NCBI GenBank assembly: GCA_964036045.1
Contig: OZ038378.1
Location: 28,892,001-28,956,000 of the forward strand
DNA: 64,000 nucleotides
Origin: Eutreptiella sp. 'Long Island Sound 2002'
Taxonomy: Eukaryota > Protista > Euglenida
Direction of reading: 5' to 3'
Below the pieces are notes generated by a model. It did not search any database, was not told the DNA's origin, and saw only the letters and a program-made list of their open reading frames with translations. Every line of letters begins with the position of its first letter. Position 1 is the first letter of the stretch. The position numbers and the translations under genes were made by a program. Positions 26,421-39,185 of this stretch are shown here, in pieces.

Positions 26421-26675
26421 GATATCCAAGCTCCAGAGCTGATGGGTGTGAAGATCTTTACTGTGTCCTCCTTGATGTGTGGACAGCTGCTGCAATTGTG
26501 TACCTGGATGCATCCTGTGGCACACCTGTACATGGACGAACACTTTGAACGGCCAACTGTGTGCCACATTAACGACGCAGACATTGCACAGAAACTCCAA
26601 CTGCTGTTACTGATGCCAAACAAACACATTGTACTTGCACCGTGGCTGGAAGCCAAATTCTGATGTCTGGCCTGC

Positions 26676-28874
<2,199 letters not shown>

Positions 28875-29334
28875 CTACACAAGCCCTTGATCAATGCGGC
28901 ACACACAATAAGCAATGCAAAGACTTTCGATCGTTGCACATTTATTGCGGTGTATTCACAGAAAACGAATAAACAACAAGCCTATTCAAGACCGGCCTAA
29001 AATCAGCATAACATCATTTGTGCAATGATTATCGCACGCACGGATGAGAGTGCATCATCAATGTCATCGGCTTCATCGATGTTATTGCTCCAAAAATAGA
29101 TGCATCGACTTCATCAACGTCATTGCTCCAAAAATAGATGCATAAGACAAAGGTTCGACATGCATACATATGATATCAGGATCATAAAACATTGTTGCGA
29201 ATGCACATAACCTAGGATGAACTGATGGTTCAACTGTGCACCACATTGGCTGCTCTTGTAGGCACCGTTTGTGTTTCAGTCCATGGGGGGGGGGGGGGTA
29301 GAAAAAAAATTCTTGGTCCGGCGTACACCTTTTT

Positions 29335-29402
29335 TTTCGGGGGGTACCCCCGGAGGGGGGGGGGGGGGTACGAAAAAAAAATTCGCGTGAAAATTTTTTC
29401 CG
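29335..29402. repeat. G-tract/A-tract short repeat module (empty-site version of the 35351-35730 locus)
   Basis: ttttttcggggggtacccccggagggg(G)nta.gaaaaaa...aaattttttcc matches the two flanks of the insertion at 35377-35679. Confidence 0.7.
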
Positions 29403-30209
29403 GACCCCAAAACCTGAAATTTCCTTAACTCTACCCCACGTGTTTGGGTTTGGAAGGTGCAAGGAGGGTATTTTTCAAGGTAACCATGTATATTTCAGCC
29501 GATATGGGTGGTATTTGTGTTTAAGGGCACAAAGAACCCCGGTCTGTTCCTCGTCAGCGCCCCACCCTGGCCTCTCGGCAGGAAAGAGTCCCCAGATAAG
29601 GCAATACACCCTATCTCGGGCGGAAAACTGAAACAGCAGCATTGAAGGACAAGGATGATTGATGGCCGTTCTGCACGTTGCCCAAGCCTACAGTGGACTC
29701 CACAATGTCATATCCCCATTGCCTTCTCGCATTCTGGTTGATGACCGCTACGCCACAATGGCTTGGCAACAAAGATTGGTTGTCAGTGAGGCTACGGTTT
29801 GTGTGTTGGTGTGTTAGTATGTCTGTGTATGTGTGTGAATGGTGCACATTGTTGCACTACGCCGTTCTTGCGCGCACATCGCCAAAATTTTTTTTTCTCC
29901 CGTGCTTTTCTCACTACAAAAAATGCATAGTTAACGCATATTTATCGGTGCACCGCACGCACATCGTTCGTCCTGACCCCCCCAACCGTAGCCGCATGTC
30001 CTACCAACCTTCATTGGCTTGCCAATGTTTCGCCCGCCAAACGGGGTGCCCACTCCCGTAAGGCCGTTTCGAGTTGCTCCCCTTTCTCGCGCTCCTTCTT
30101 CTTTGCAGCCAACTCCTTTTGCGTTCTCCCACGGGGGGGGGGGGGGGCGACTCCTTGGTTCTGGACGCCAACTACCCCCCCCCCCAACTAACTGTTGGCC
30201 GGAGGCCCC

Positions 30210-30242
<33 letters not shown>

Positions 30243-30625
30243 TTGGAGGGGGGGTTCAGGGAGGGGCGATGGGGGGGGGGGGGTCTAGGAGGGGCTTGAG
30301 CGGGGGGGGCTCCGGGAGGGTCAGTTGGGGGGGGGGGGCTCCGGGAGGGTCGTTGGGCCATGAGGCAACGGATACTGGGCTCGCATACGCCCCCGTGTCA
30401 CAGGCGCATGGTCATCACCACTCAGTGCAATGTTTCGCCTCGCTGCACCGCAGCGCTGCTCGGTTCTGTACCACTCCAGGTGGTTTATGATTGCGCGTTG
30501 GCTGCCTATACATCTGGGTCAGCTCGCACAGTGCCGGTTAGTCTCTAACGCTCGCTCTGCGGGTCTCTCTCTCTCTCTCGCTCTCTCTCTCTAGCCTTCC
30601 TCCCTCCCTCTCTCTCTGTGTGTCC

Positions 30626-30686
<61 letters not shown>

Positions 30687-30717
30687 AAAGGGGTTACGGG
30701 ATGTTCGGTGGGTCTCT

Positions 30718-30790
30718 ATCCCCCGCGGGGTTCGAACCCTCCTCTACGAAACAGAAGAGATGTGCTGTATCCATGGTACTACGAAGAGAT
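30718..30790 (-). ncRNA. Degenerate tRNA-like sequence (Pol III A/B boxes) embedded in (GA)n tracts
   Basis: Minus strand ATCTCTTCGTAGTACCATGG...GAGGGTTCGAACCCCGCGGGGGAT; 73 nt; A-box TAGTACCATGG, B-box GGTTCGAACC; wobble-rich acceptor stem; anticodon arm does not pair well. Confidence 0.6.
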
Positions 30791-30982
30791 GCTTTCTGCT
30801 CTGTAGCGCCGACCTGTTCCGCTCTCTATCTGTGTCTCCCTCTCTCTCTCTGTGTGTGTTTCGCTCTCTGTCTCGCTCTCTCTCCCCCTCCTCGCCCCTC
30901 TTTTGCTCCCTCTCCTCACCCTCCCCAGGGGTTTTTCTTGTGCCTCTGCTGCTTCTTACACCCCCCTGCTTGCTGTCCCCTG

Positions 30983-31627
30983 TCAGGCATATCGCTGTTC
31001 ACACGGCGGTATGCTCAACAGCATGTAGAGGAACCGCAAGGCGTCTCCGGATACCAGGTCTGTTTGCCTGAAGAGCGTTCTTTGGAACAGCCTTAAGAGG
31101 TCAGCTCGGCCCGTCAGCCACACATGCAAGCAGTCTCCATTTCTGCTCACAGAGGAGGGCACCGCTCTTTGTCCCTCTGCCGTCGGACAGTGGAGGATCG
31201 CCTCCCATTGGAACGGATGCCACTTGCCTGCACTTTTGGGTCGCCACTGAACCTGCATGTTCGTCAGAGCCTGTGTCTTCAGGGTCCAGTTGATTTGCAC
31301 CATCACCGAGTAGAGCTCTTGGTTGCTCATCGGCAATGGCTCTCCATGATTGTCCACAATTTCACAGTGCATCCTGGTGCTGTGTGGTTGGTCCAGTCGG
31401 AGCCAGATCTGCTGATTGCGGGCCCAGGCCTCAGTGGTCAGCTCGGCATTGACTGCTCTCAACCCATCTTCCGCTATGGCGTCTAGCTGGCCCAGTGCTT
31501 GCACCTTGAAACGCTGGCGCTTTTGCTGGGGCTTGACCTTCTTTGGTGTTGGTTGAATTTGTGTGTAGGGGCCATGTCGTTGCTGGTGTGGCCCCTGCTT
31601 CTTCCATGGCCTTCCCGGCGGCATCAC
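30983..31627 (-). CDS. Unknown 214-aa ORF downstream of the RNase H within the retroelement
   Basis: Open, non-repetitive frame on the element's sense strand with a basic N-terminus (KKVKPQQKRQRFK); no family recognised. Confidence 0.45.
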   Translation of the reverse strand: MMPPGRPWKKQGPHQQRHGPYTQIQPTPKKVKPQQKRQRFKVQALGQLDAIAEDGLRAVNAELTTEAWARNQQIWLRLDQPHSTRMHCEIVDNHGEPLPMSNQELYSVMVQINWTLKTQALTNMQVQWRPKSAGKWHPFQWEAILHCPTAEGQRAVPSSVSRNGDCLHVWLTGRADLLRLFQRTLFRQTDLVSGDALRFLYMLLSIPPCEQRYA

Positions 31628-31842
31628 GCCAGGGAGCTCTTCCGCGACAGGACGCGGGGTTTGTGCTTGTGCTCTGCCTTTGCCGTTGCCAAGCCTTTGT
31701 GCTGCTGTACTTCGCGACAGAACGCGGGGCTCGTGTCAAAATTCCCCCGCGTCAGGACGCACATTTCGGGCGCTCTGACATTTGCGGGTTTGAAACCTGT
31801 GGAAATTCCGCAGTCAGGATGCGGGGATCACGGGCTCAGGTG

Positions 31843-32835
31843 CTAATGACCTTGTCCAGGGTTTCTGTTTTTCCTGAACTTTTGCCTCTTACGCTGTCGC
31901 CTTGTGTCACGCACATCCGTGCTGAAGGACACTGTTTCCGCTGCAGACATTTCTTCCACCCATCCTCCCACGCGCATGTACCGTGCCTCCATTTCCTCAC
32001 TGCCCGAACTGCACGAGTTGCATGATTCTGTTCCGCGTGGTGCCGGCTCCCCGGAGGCTTCCCCTGTCAGTTCATCACTATCGATGGGTACCATGCCCAG
32101 GGACGACCAGAGTGCTTTGGTGTCCTCTGACTTGGACCCTGACCCTCCTCTCAACCCCACCGTGGATTCTGACCCGGATGATGATTGTTGTGTGACTTGT
32201 TGGGACCACGGCGGGCTCGAGCACATGCCTTCCATCGCCAATCCGTTCGCCACCTCATTCCCCTGCACATTGACATGTGCTGGGACGTGCTCCCACCTGA
32301 CTTCTCTTCCTGGCTTTGCCATTTCCTGGAGCAGCATTTCCCAGACTGGCACGTGGACCTGCAGTTTGCCTGATGTTGTCGTCCACCCTTTTGACTTCAA
32401 GTGTTGTGCCCTGCCGGTCGCTCCCAGTTGCAGGTACTGTGAGTCGGTGAGGATTGCCAATTTCGGCACCCAGAACCCCTGTAGGGCTTCCACTGCTGCC
32501 CAGAGTTCCGCTCTGTTGTTTGTTTGCCTGTGGCGCGTCGGTACATAGCCGCAGAAACGCACTTGTGGCCCTTGCCCATCTTCCGTTGCAAAAACGCCAA
32601 AGCCACCTGCCCTGCGCATGTCTTTGTGGCTCAATCTTTTTGATGATCCGTCTGTGTACAGAATCTTGTATCCTTCCGCAACCAGCTCTGCAATCAGGTC
32701 TTGTACTCCTTGAAGCACCCCCGGGCCTGCCTGCCTCGGGCGCTTGGGGCGTGATTCCGATTCCCCGTGCCAGTTGCAGCGTGCCGGCGCTCCGTTTGTG
32801 CGTGAAACACTCCGTGTGTGTTTGCCACCACGCAC
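31843..32835 (-). CDS. RNase HI-type domain with Ser/acidic tail and STDVxD+basic C-terminus (3' end of a LINE ORF2)
   Basis: YTDGSSK, QTNNRAELWA, LTDSQY, WEHVPAHV and GNEVANGLA (last Asp appears as Asn); tail ends FSTDVRDTRRQRKRQKFRK. Confidence 0.88.
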   Translation of the reverse strand: MRGGKHTRSVSRTNGAPARCNWHGESESRPKRPRQAGPGVLQGVQDLIAELVAEGYKILYTDGSSKRLSHKDMRRAGGFGVFATEDGQGPQVRFCGYVPTRHRQTNNRAELWAAVEALQGFWVPKLAILTDSQYLQLGATGRAQHLKSKGWTTTSGKLQVHVPVWEMLLQEMAKPGREVRWEHVPAHVNVQGNEVANGLAMEGMCSSPPWSQQVTQQSSSGSESTVGLRGGSGSKSEDTKALWSSLGMVPIDSDELTGEASGEPAPRGTESCNSCSSGSEEMEARYMRVGGWVEEMSAAETVSFSTDVRDTRRQRKRQKFRKNRNPGQGH

Positions 32836-33012
32836 TTAACCCCCCGTTTACACGTACTTCCCCTTGTCGTGGCTGCACTCCTCGTTGGGGGGCGGGGGGG
32901 GTTCCGGGAGGGTCGGTTGGGCGGGGGGGGGGGGTCCAGGTGGGGCGATTTGGGGTGTTGGGGGGGGGGGCACAGGCTCCCCTTACCCTCCCTCTAACCA
33001 TACCATCACCAT

Positions 33013-33211
33013 AAACCTAACCCTAACCTTTGCAGCTAGTTGGTTTGGCCATGCCAGCCATGTTGATTGGGCCGAACAAGATCCCCCCAATTTCGTTCAT
33101 GGCTGCTTTTGCCACATCGTTGCTCTCCATTTTGGACCCCAACACTCACTCTGACGACTAGCCTAGGGTGAGAGGCAGGGCTAGGGTTAGGGCTAGGGTT
33201 AGGGTTAGGGT
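33013..33211. repeat. Interstitial telomere-like repeats in inverted arrangement
   Basis: cctaaccctaacc at about 33013-33031 and ctagggttagggctagggttagggttaggg at about 33181-33210. Confidence 0.7.
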
Positions 33212-33539
33212 CACCGAGCTGGTGGAACCAGTCTTGGTTTTATAACCCTTTTTAGTGTCTAGGGTGGACCTACCAAGTTTAGCCGCAAGCAAGCAAGCAA
33301 GCAGCAAGCAAGCAGCACGCGCGAAATGGGAAAAAATCAGAACTCTGTCATGGTGCTTCGGATTCAGGTGAAATTTTGGTGGATGATACCTATGGGTGTG
33401 AAGTACAATCACACAAAGTTTGAGCAACGGCATTTGGAGCTTCTGGGGGCCTTTTTGGGCCGTTTCCGGGACATATCATGGAGTTAGAGGGCCGCAAAGA
33501 GCTCGTTGACACGGGGAAGTCAAGCCGCACGTGCAGTGT

Positions 33540-34180
33540 ACCCACCGTTTCCCTTCGTTTGGCTGTTTTGAATGTGTTCCAGGGCTTTTTTGGCCCAAAA
33601 ATGGCTGTTTTTGGCCCTAAACTGCGGGTTTTGAAACCGAGGTCCACCACTGGCGAATCCCATTCCCGGCCGCCAGCGTTGAGTGACAGCCACAAACCAA
33701 GAACAGGCCATATCTTTGGCTACATGGCTCAAAATGCGATTCCGAGGACACCTACTCCACCCGCAAACCCCCACTTTTTGTGGTTTCCACCCCTGAGAAT
33801 TGCCCAAACGGATGCCTAGACCCCAATACCTAGGCCCACTAGGCTGCGGCAAGCTGCAAGCTCATGCCAAAACAGGTGGGTGCCCAAATGGGTCAACAGG
33901 GTCCAGTAGGGGCAAAAAGATGAATTTTCTCAAAAATGATCCTAGACCATGTGCGACGCTAAAGCAAGTGGTGTTGGACCTTTTGAGCTTGTGGTGGCCC
34001 ATTTTGAGCCTCCGAAAATCCCAAAATGCCTTGAAAATGGGCTGTTTTGGGACCAAAAATGGGTCAAAAATGGGTCAAAAACACATTTTTCCAAACCTCA
34101 TCCTAGACCATTTGGGGTGCACAAACGGGTGAAATGAGCCCATTTTGTGCCCATTTTGGGGCATTTTGGCCCCTCAGAAG
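33540..34180. repeat. Repeat segment with ~10.5-bp phased A/T tracts
   Basis: A/T tracts start at 34023, 34034, 34045, 34055, 34066, 34077 and 34086, at 33586, 33597, 33608, 33619 and 33629, and at 34143, 34154 and 34164. Confidence 0.65.
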
Positions 34181-34648
34181 TCCAAAAAGCCTTGGAAGTG
34201 GGCCTTGTGGTGATGGGGTTCACTTGCAAGCTGATTTCACTTTGTCAAGAGCCATCAATGCGTGAATCATTCTTGATGTCCCTCACCAGTCATAGCTGAT
34301 GTTCCCTCCCCCACTAGCTTGGTCCCAATATTCAGTCTTGATTAGGTGTAGGGATAGGAGTAGGCTGAGGGTTGGGGGTGGGTGTTAGAGTCAAGGTTGG
34401 GTTTAAGGATAGTGTTGGGGTGCAAATTGGACAAAATTTTCCTTAGGGCACCTTTGGTTTTCATGGAGCATCGGGCGCCTTAGGCGCCCATGGACGCCTG
34501 AGGGCGACACCTTCGGCAACTAGCTGTAGGCCGAAGGCCCCTGGGGGGGGGGGGGGGGGGGGCAAGGGTAGTAGGCGTCCCAGGACCTGTGGAGTCGCCC
34601 CCCCCCCCTCTCCCTAACGATCGATTGCGGCTCTCTACAACCATGCAA

Positions 34649-34888
34649 GCAACAAACCGTGGGTTGTCAGTCCCTAACCCAAGGGGCCACGCAACAAAGT
34701 GTGGATTGCGAATCCCTAACCCGAACTCAAGAGGCCACGCAACAAACTGTGGATTGTGAGTCCCTAACCCGAACTCAAGAGGCCACGCAACAAAGTGTGG
34801 ATTGCGAATCCCTAACCCCAACTCAAGGGGCCACGCAACAAAGCGTGGGAAAGAGAAACAAGAAAGAAAGAAAGAAAGAAAGAAAGAA
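34649..34888. repeat. 48-bp tandem repeat (contains CCCTAACCC) followed by (GAAA)n
   Basis: gcaacaaa at 34649, 34691, 34739, 34787 and 34835; (gaaa)n at about 34860-34888. Confidence 0.9.
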
Positions 34889-34980
34889 CGCAGGACCGCG
34901 TTCGTCCCTGAAAGAATTTGGCGCTGCATTTGGGCCGGGGTTTTGCTCAGAATGCAGGATCTTCACTTCGCAATAAAGGG

Positions 34981-35120
34981 CATTTGTATAGCGGCCCGTC
35001 TTGCTGATCTCCGCTGGAAAGCACCTCGCAACAAACGACATTTGTATAGCGGCCCGTCTTGCTGATCTCCGGTGGAAAGCACCACGCAACAAACAACATT
35101 TGTATAGCGCCTGGTCTTGC
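34981..35120. repeat. 58-bp tandem repeat x2.5
   Basis: catttgtatagc at 34981, 35039 and 35097. Confidence 0.9.
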
Positions 35121-35376
35121 GCTCCAAGGCGCTCAAAGGCACTGACGGCTTGATGAAAAAGAATTAACAAAAAAAAGGGGGGTGCCATTGGCGCCATGAA
35201 AAAAAAAACAACCAATTGCTTTTCTCTCAGTAGTAGTTCATGCCAATGCCATACAATGTGCCAAAGTGAAGGTGACATGCAAGTTCAACTAGCACACAGT
35301 AAAAAAATTCCTCTTGGCGAAAAGAAAATTCCTACATGGGGTGCCAGCTTTTTTTTCGGGGGGTACCCTCGGAGGG

Positions 35377-35679
35377 CCATGAGGCAACGGATACTGGGCT
35401 CGCATACGCCCCCGTGTCACAGGCGCATGGTCATCACCACTCAGTTCAATGTGTTGCCTTGCTGCACTGCAACGCAGACTAGTTCAGTACCACTCCAGGT
35501 GGCCTTTGATTGTGCTTTGACTATCAATACATATTGGTCAGCTCGCACCCACCACCCTCCCACAGTGCTGGTTAGTCTCTAATTCTCGCTCTGTGGGCCT
35601 CTCTCTCTCTCTTTGTGTCCCGCCCTCTCTCTCTCTCTCTCTCTGTGTGTCTCGCCCTCTTCACCCTCCCATGGGGTTT
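35377..35679 (-). mobile_element. 303-bp 3'-end copy of the 30358-32881 retroelement
   Basis: High identity to 30358-~30680 plus ~30880-30936; flanked by a 13-bp direct repeat TACCCTCGG(A/G)GGG (35364-35376, 35680-35692); lacks the tRNA-like module. Confidence 0.85.
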
Positions 35680-37209
35680 TACCCTCGGGGGGGGGGGTAG
35701 GAAAAAATTTGCGCAAATTTTTTCCACCCCCCTTGGTTTCAGTTGTCGGCCATAGAATGCAGCACAGGTACATGTTTAAAACAATCCCATGCTTGATTTC
35801 CCATGCTCCATCACAATGAGCTACATCAACAGCGCAATCAAAGGTGCTCTGCAGCATCAACATACAAAATGGTTACAATGGGACGAGAACACACCCAGTT
35901 TCTTCGGATCAGTGGACGCACAAAATATGGTGACCCTGCATTTGCAACACGTGAGAGTGCAACAAAATAGGATTACCATGTTGTGTACCTATAGCAAACC
36001 GAGAAGAATGTGCTACACAAAAGCCGATATTAGCAAGTAAATGGACAAGTTGAATGCCACACTCGGATTCGCGGCTCCACACAATCCTTCTGGATATTGC
36101 AGATAATAAGATCAAGGACAAATCAATGGCGATTATTAGAGACACACTGCGATTCACGCCCAAGATAGAGGTCCTGATGTAGGAATTGAGCCACAACAAG
36201 ATCACAAGTACTTTTTGTTTTCTTGTAGGCCAACAAAACACTGCCATGAGCCACAATGGGCAGGTTCCGACTAAGTTTGGCACAGCCTGGGTGAACATAC
36301 AGGAAGCAGCTCAAGACCGTTCCCCCATGGTTTCCTTGTAGGAGTTAGAATCAGTGAATTTGGGTCTCTCATTCATTGGGGTCCTAGTGTGCCTCAAGCC
36401 GTTTGGGCAGGCGGTAGAGTGGAATCTCCCACAAAGCGGGTTCCCATTTGTCGCCTGCTAGTTTGTGTGCGAAGAACACCATATGGCCATATCGCGTGGT
36501 TTTCCTGCTCCCCCGGTCCCACACACCGGAATCCTGGCATCACATGAGTTCCAACTGCAATCATGAATGGCTCTGCAAAGTCCCGGTGTGCAGAAACACG
36601 TCGTAAGACTATGTACATCCGTATCTAGTGCTATTGTTGTATTTTGTCACAGCCCAATGGGCTGCCGCATGCTACTCACTTTGGGTCATGGTTGTGCTGT
36701 CGCCTCCATTGTGGTTGCTCTGTCATAGAGCCAGCTCACTTGGCGTGGAAAAGAACAAGGTGCGCAAGCAGTGATTAGGCATTTCATCTGGCGGGCGGAC
36801 AGTGTATCCCCTGCATGGCGTTGCGTTTGCAACCCGGTGATGCCCTATTGAAGGCGGACACCCTGAGGCCATCTGCTCTAATACCAGGGTACTGAGGAAC
36901 AGTTCCGGGCTGGTGAGGGGGTTGATGGTCGGTATCTGATTGACTGCATGCCCCCGCCATAGGCACTTTCAGCCCGTAGTCCCATTGTGAAGCTCATCCG
37001 GTAATTAGGGCTGACAGGTGGCGCCGCACACATGCAGTACAAATCATGGGGCCAACATACATATTGTTTTCACCTGTCTCTGATGGTGTCCGGTCCTGCT
37101 CACATGTATCTGTGAAGTGGCAAATGTGTGTCTGTGAAAAGCGTGCAAGGAAAAAATATCCTAGATGATACCGAGCTATTCGACGATCATACCACAAGAC
37201 CTACGCATT

Positions 37210-37290
37210 TCGAGCCCCCCCCCCCCCCCGGAATCGAACTCGGAGCCTCCTGCCTGGGGCCAATCCCGCTAGCCACTATGCTATATCGAC
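37210..37290 (-). ncRNA. Degenerate tRNA-like sequence interrupted by a G-run
   Basis: Minus strand GTCGATATAGCATAGTGGCTAGC...CCGAGTTCGATTCCGG(G)n; A-box TAGCATAGTGG, B-box GAGTTCGATTCC. Confidence 0.55.
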
Positions 37291-37598
37291 GAGGTTAGTG
37301 TTGCTGTTCCGCTGGCATAACTGACGGGGTCGTCCTGTCACATGGCGCCTTGCAGCCCTCCCTGGGGTGCGAACCACCGCCTCTGGGATGGGAGCCTTGC
37401 CGCATGCCATTCAACTACGGGGGCGATACAGGGCTCTATGTGTGTGGGGGATGGGGGTTGATGCGGATTGCCTTTGGTGGGTGCCGTGGCTGTGATTGCA
37501 ACCTGCCACGCCACGTCTACAGCCGCGAAGGCCAGAGGGGCGATCTGGGCTATCACGTGTGGCACCGTCTTGTGTTTGTGTGCGTGTGGTGCCTTCTG

Positions 37599-37671
37599 GT
37601 GGGTAATGTGCCAATGGTTGAGTCACTGGGCTCGTGCCGTGATGGCGCCGGTTCGATTCCCGTTGCCTGCA
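37599..37671 (+). ncRNA. Degenerate 73-nt tRNA-like sequence
   Basis: Acceptor GTGGGTA/TGCCTGC+A; T-arm GCCGG-TTCGATT-CCCGT starting at tRNA position 49; anticodon stem mismatched, so probably a non-functional or tRNA-derived element. Confidence 0.55.
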
Positions 37672-39185
37672 TGGCCCCTCCGCTGAAGCGAAAGACGAGG
37701 AGGAGCAGTTGCTACGAGAGGCTAACGGAGGCAGTCGCAGAGCGCACTGCTGCAGGGGGCGGTGGTGAAGTTTTTGCATTACGTCGAGGGGGGGGGGACA
37801 GGACAAGCCCAAAAAGATCTAAAAAGTTGTCGAGGCGCACCTACCAGTGGCCGGCAGTGGGGGCGGTGGTGAATGTTGACGATAGGAGGGTGCAAACCTC
37901 CGATGCTGGCGTACCAGCCTATGGTGTTAACGACTGGACCAATCCTAGCCTCTTGTGCAGTTTAGCCTGCTGGGCGGCCAAGGGACCGTGTGCGGTGTAG
38001 TCATGACACCGGGGGGCACTGCATCAGGCACGCCGGCGCCGTTTTGTCTCCCTCTCGCGCGGCGGGGTGGCCCATTGCCGCTTGACACGGTTCCGCCTGC
38101 GGCACGACCGATCACTCACATCTGTGGAACAAGACCAGACGGAGCCTGGTGAAGAGAGCTGCAGAAAATCCATGTGTGGCATGCCACAATCGACCGCCGA
38201 GCTGGGAGAGCCGTCACACCGTGGCATGGCCATAGCCTCGAGCCCAAGGGCATGCAGTGGGGGTGTGTGTGGCTCTGGTGCGTCGGGTTCGGGCTTTGAA
38301 TCCAACCGAAACATGGGTGAATGAACTGAGCGGCTGTCCATTTCACAAATACGCAGAGAGTCCAGATGTAGGGTGTCACACTCCCCATCGGGGGGCAGTG
38401 CGTCAGCTGCGGCGTCGTCTTGGGAGGAAATTGACACCGTGTCAAATGAGTGTGAACGTGCTGAGGCTGAAAAGGCGTCAAAATACAGCCTTCGGGCAGG
38501 GTCAGGATAGTTTTGGGCGTCCCCGGTGTGTTCCATGACGCCATCCGGTGTCGGGAGGACATTGGAAGGAAGCTAAAAATTTAGGGGGTTTTGGAGGTGT
38601 CCAGCCTCGGCCTATTAAGTCTTTGGCTTTTTCATTGCCTAGAATATCCTGATGTGAGGGCACGTGATACCATTCTAAGATCCCCTGGTGTGTATCAGTG
38701 GAATGCAAAAAGAGAGTCCCAAAGCTAGGAGTAGGAAATAGGGCCTATGTTGGACACCCATCCCCGCGCTCTCCATTTGCGGGCCCAGCATGTGGCCCCT
38801 TTGAAAACCCAATCACTATCTGTGATGATGGCAATGTTTTGGTGGCAGAACATGTTGAGTGCCGTTTGTACACCCTAGAGACCCACGTTAAATCCAATAT
38901 GTTAAAGTTTCAATTTTAATATTTGAAAGGTGTTAAATGTTAAACCGATAAATGTTAACTTGTTAAACCAGAATACCTAGTATTTTCTAGATTTAAAACT
39001 ATTTGCCCCGTTAATTGCATGTGTATGCTAGGGTCTTGAGGGGGTTGGATGTGGTAGAATGTTGCCCAATGGGTTTGTAGAGATGTTGGATTGCCTAAGG
39101 GTTGGGGGTCCAACCCTTAGTCCTCTTCTTTGGGTCCGCCACCAACCCCACTCCATACCCCCTTTTCTCTTGTGTAGCACTTGTT

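Larger units (their letters stand above)
30358..32881 (-). mobile_element. 5'-truncated non-LTR retrotransposon (RNase H + 3' ORF + tRNA-like 3' region)
   Basis: 8-bp TSD TCGTTGGG at 30350-30357 and 32882-32889; the 3' terminus (ccatgaggcaacgg on +) is identical to that of the short copy at 35377. Confidence 0.8.

Noticed and set aside
30718-37671. Functional tRNA genes
   Set aside because: All three tRNA-like sequences have mismatched anticodon or T stems, or a G-run insertion, so they are reported only as tRNA-derived.
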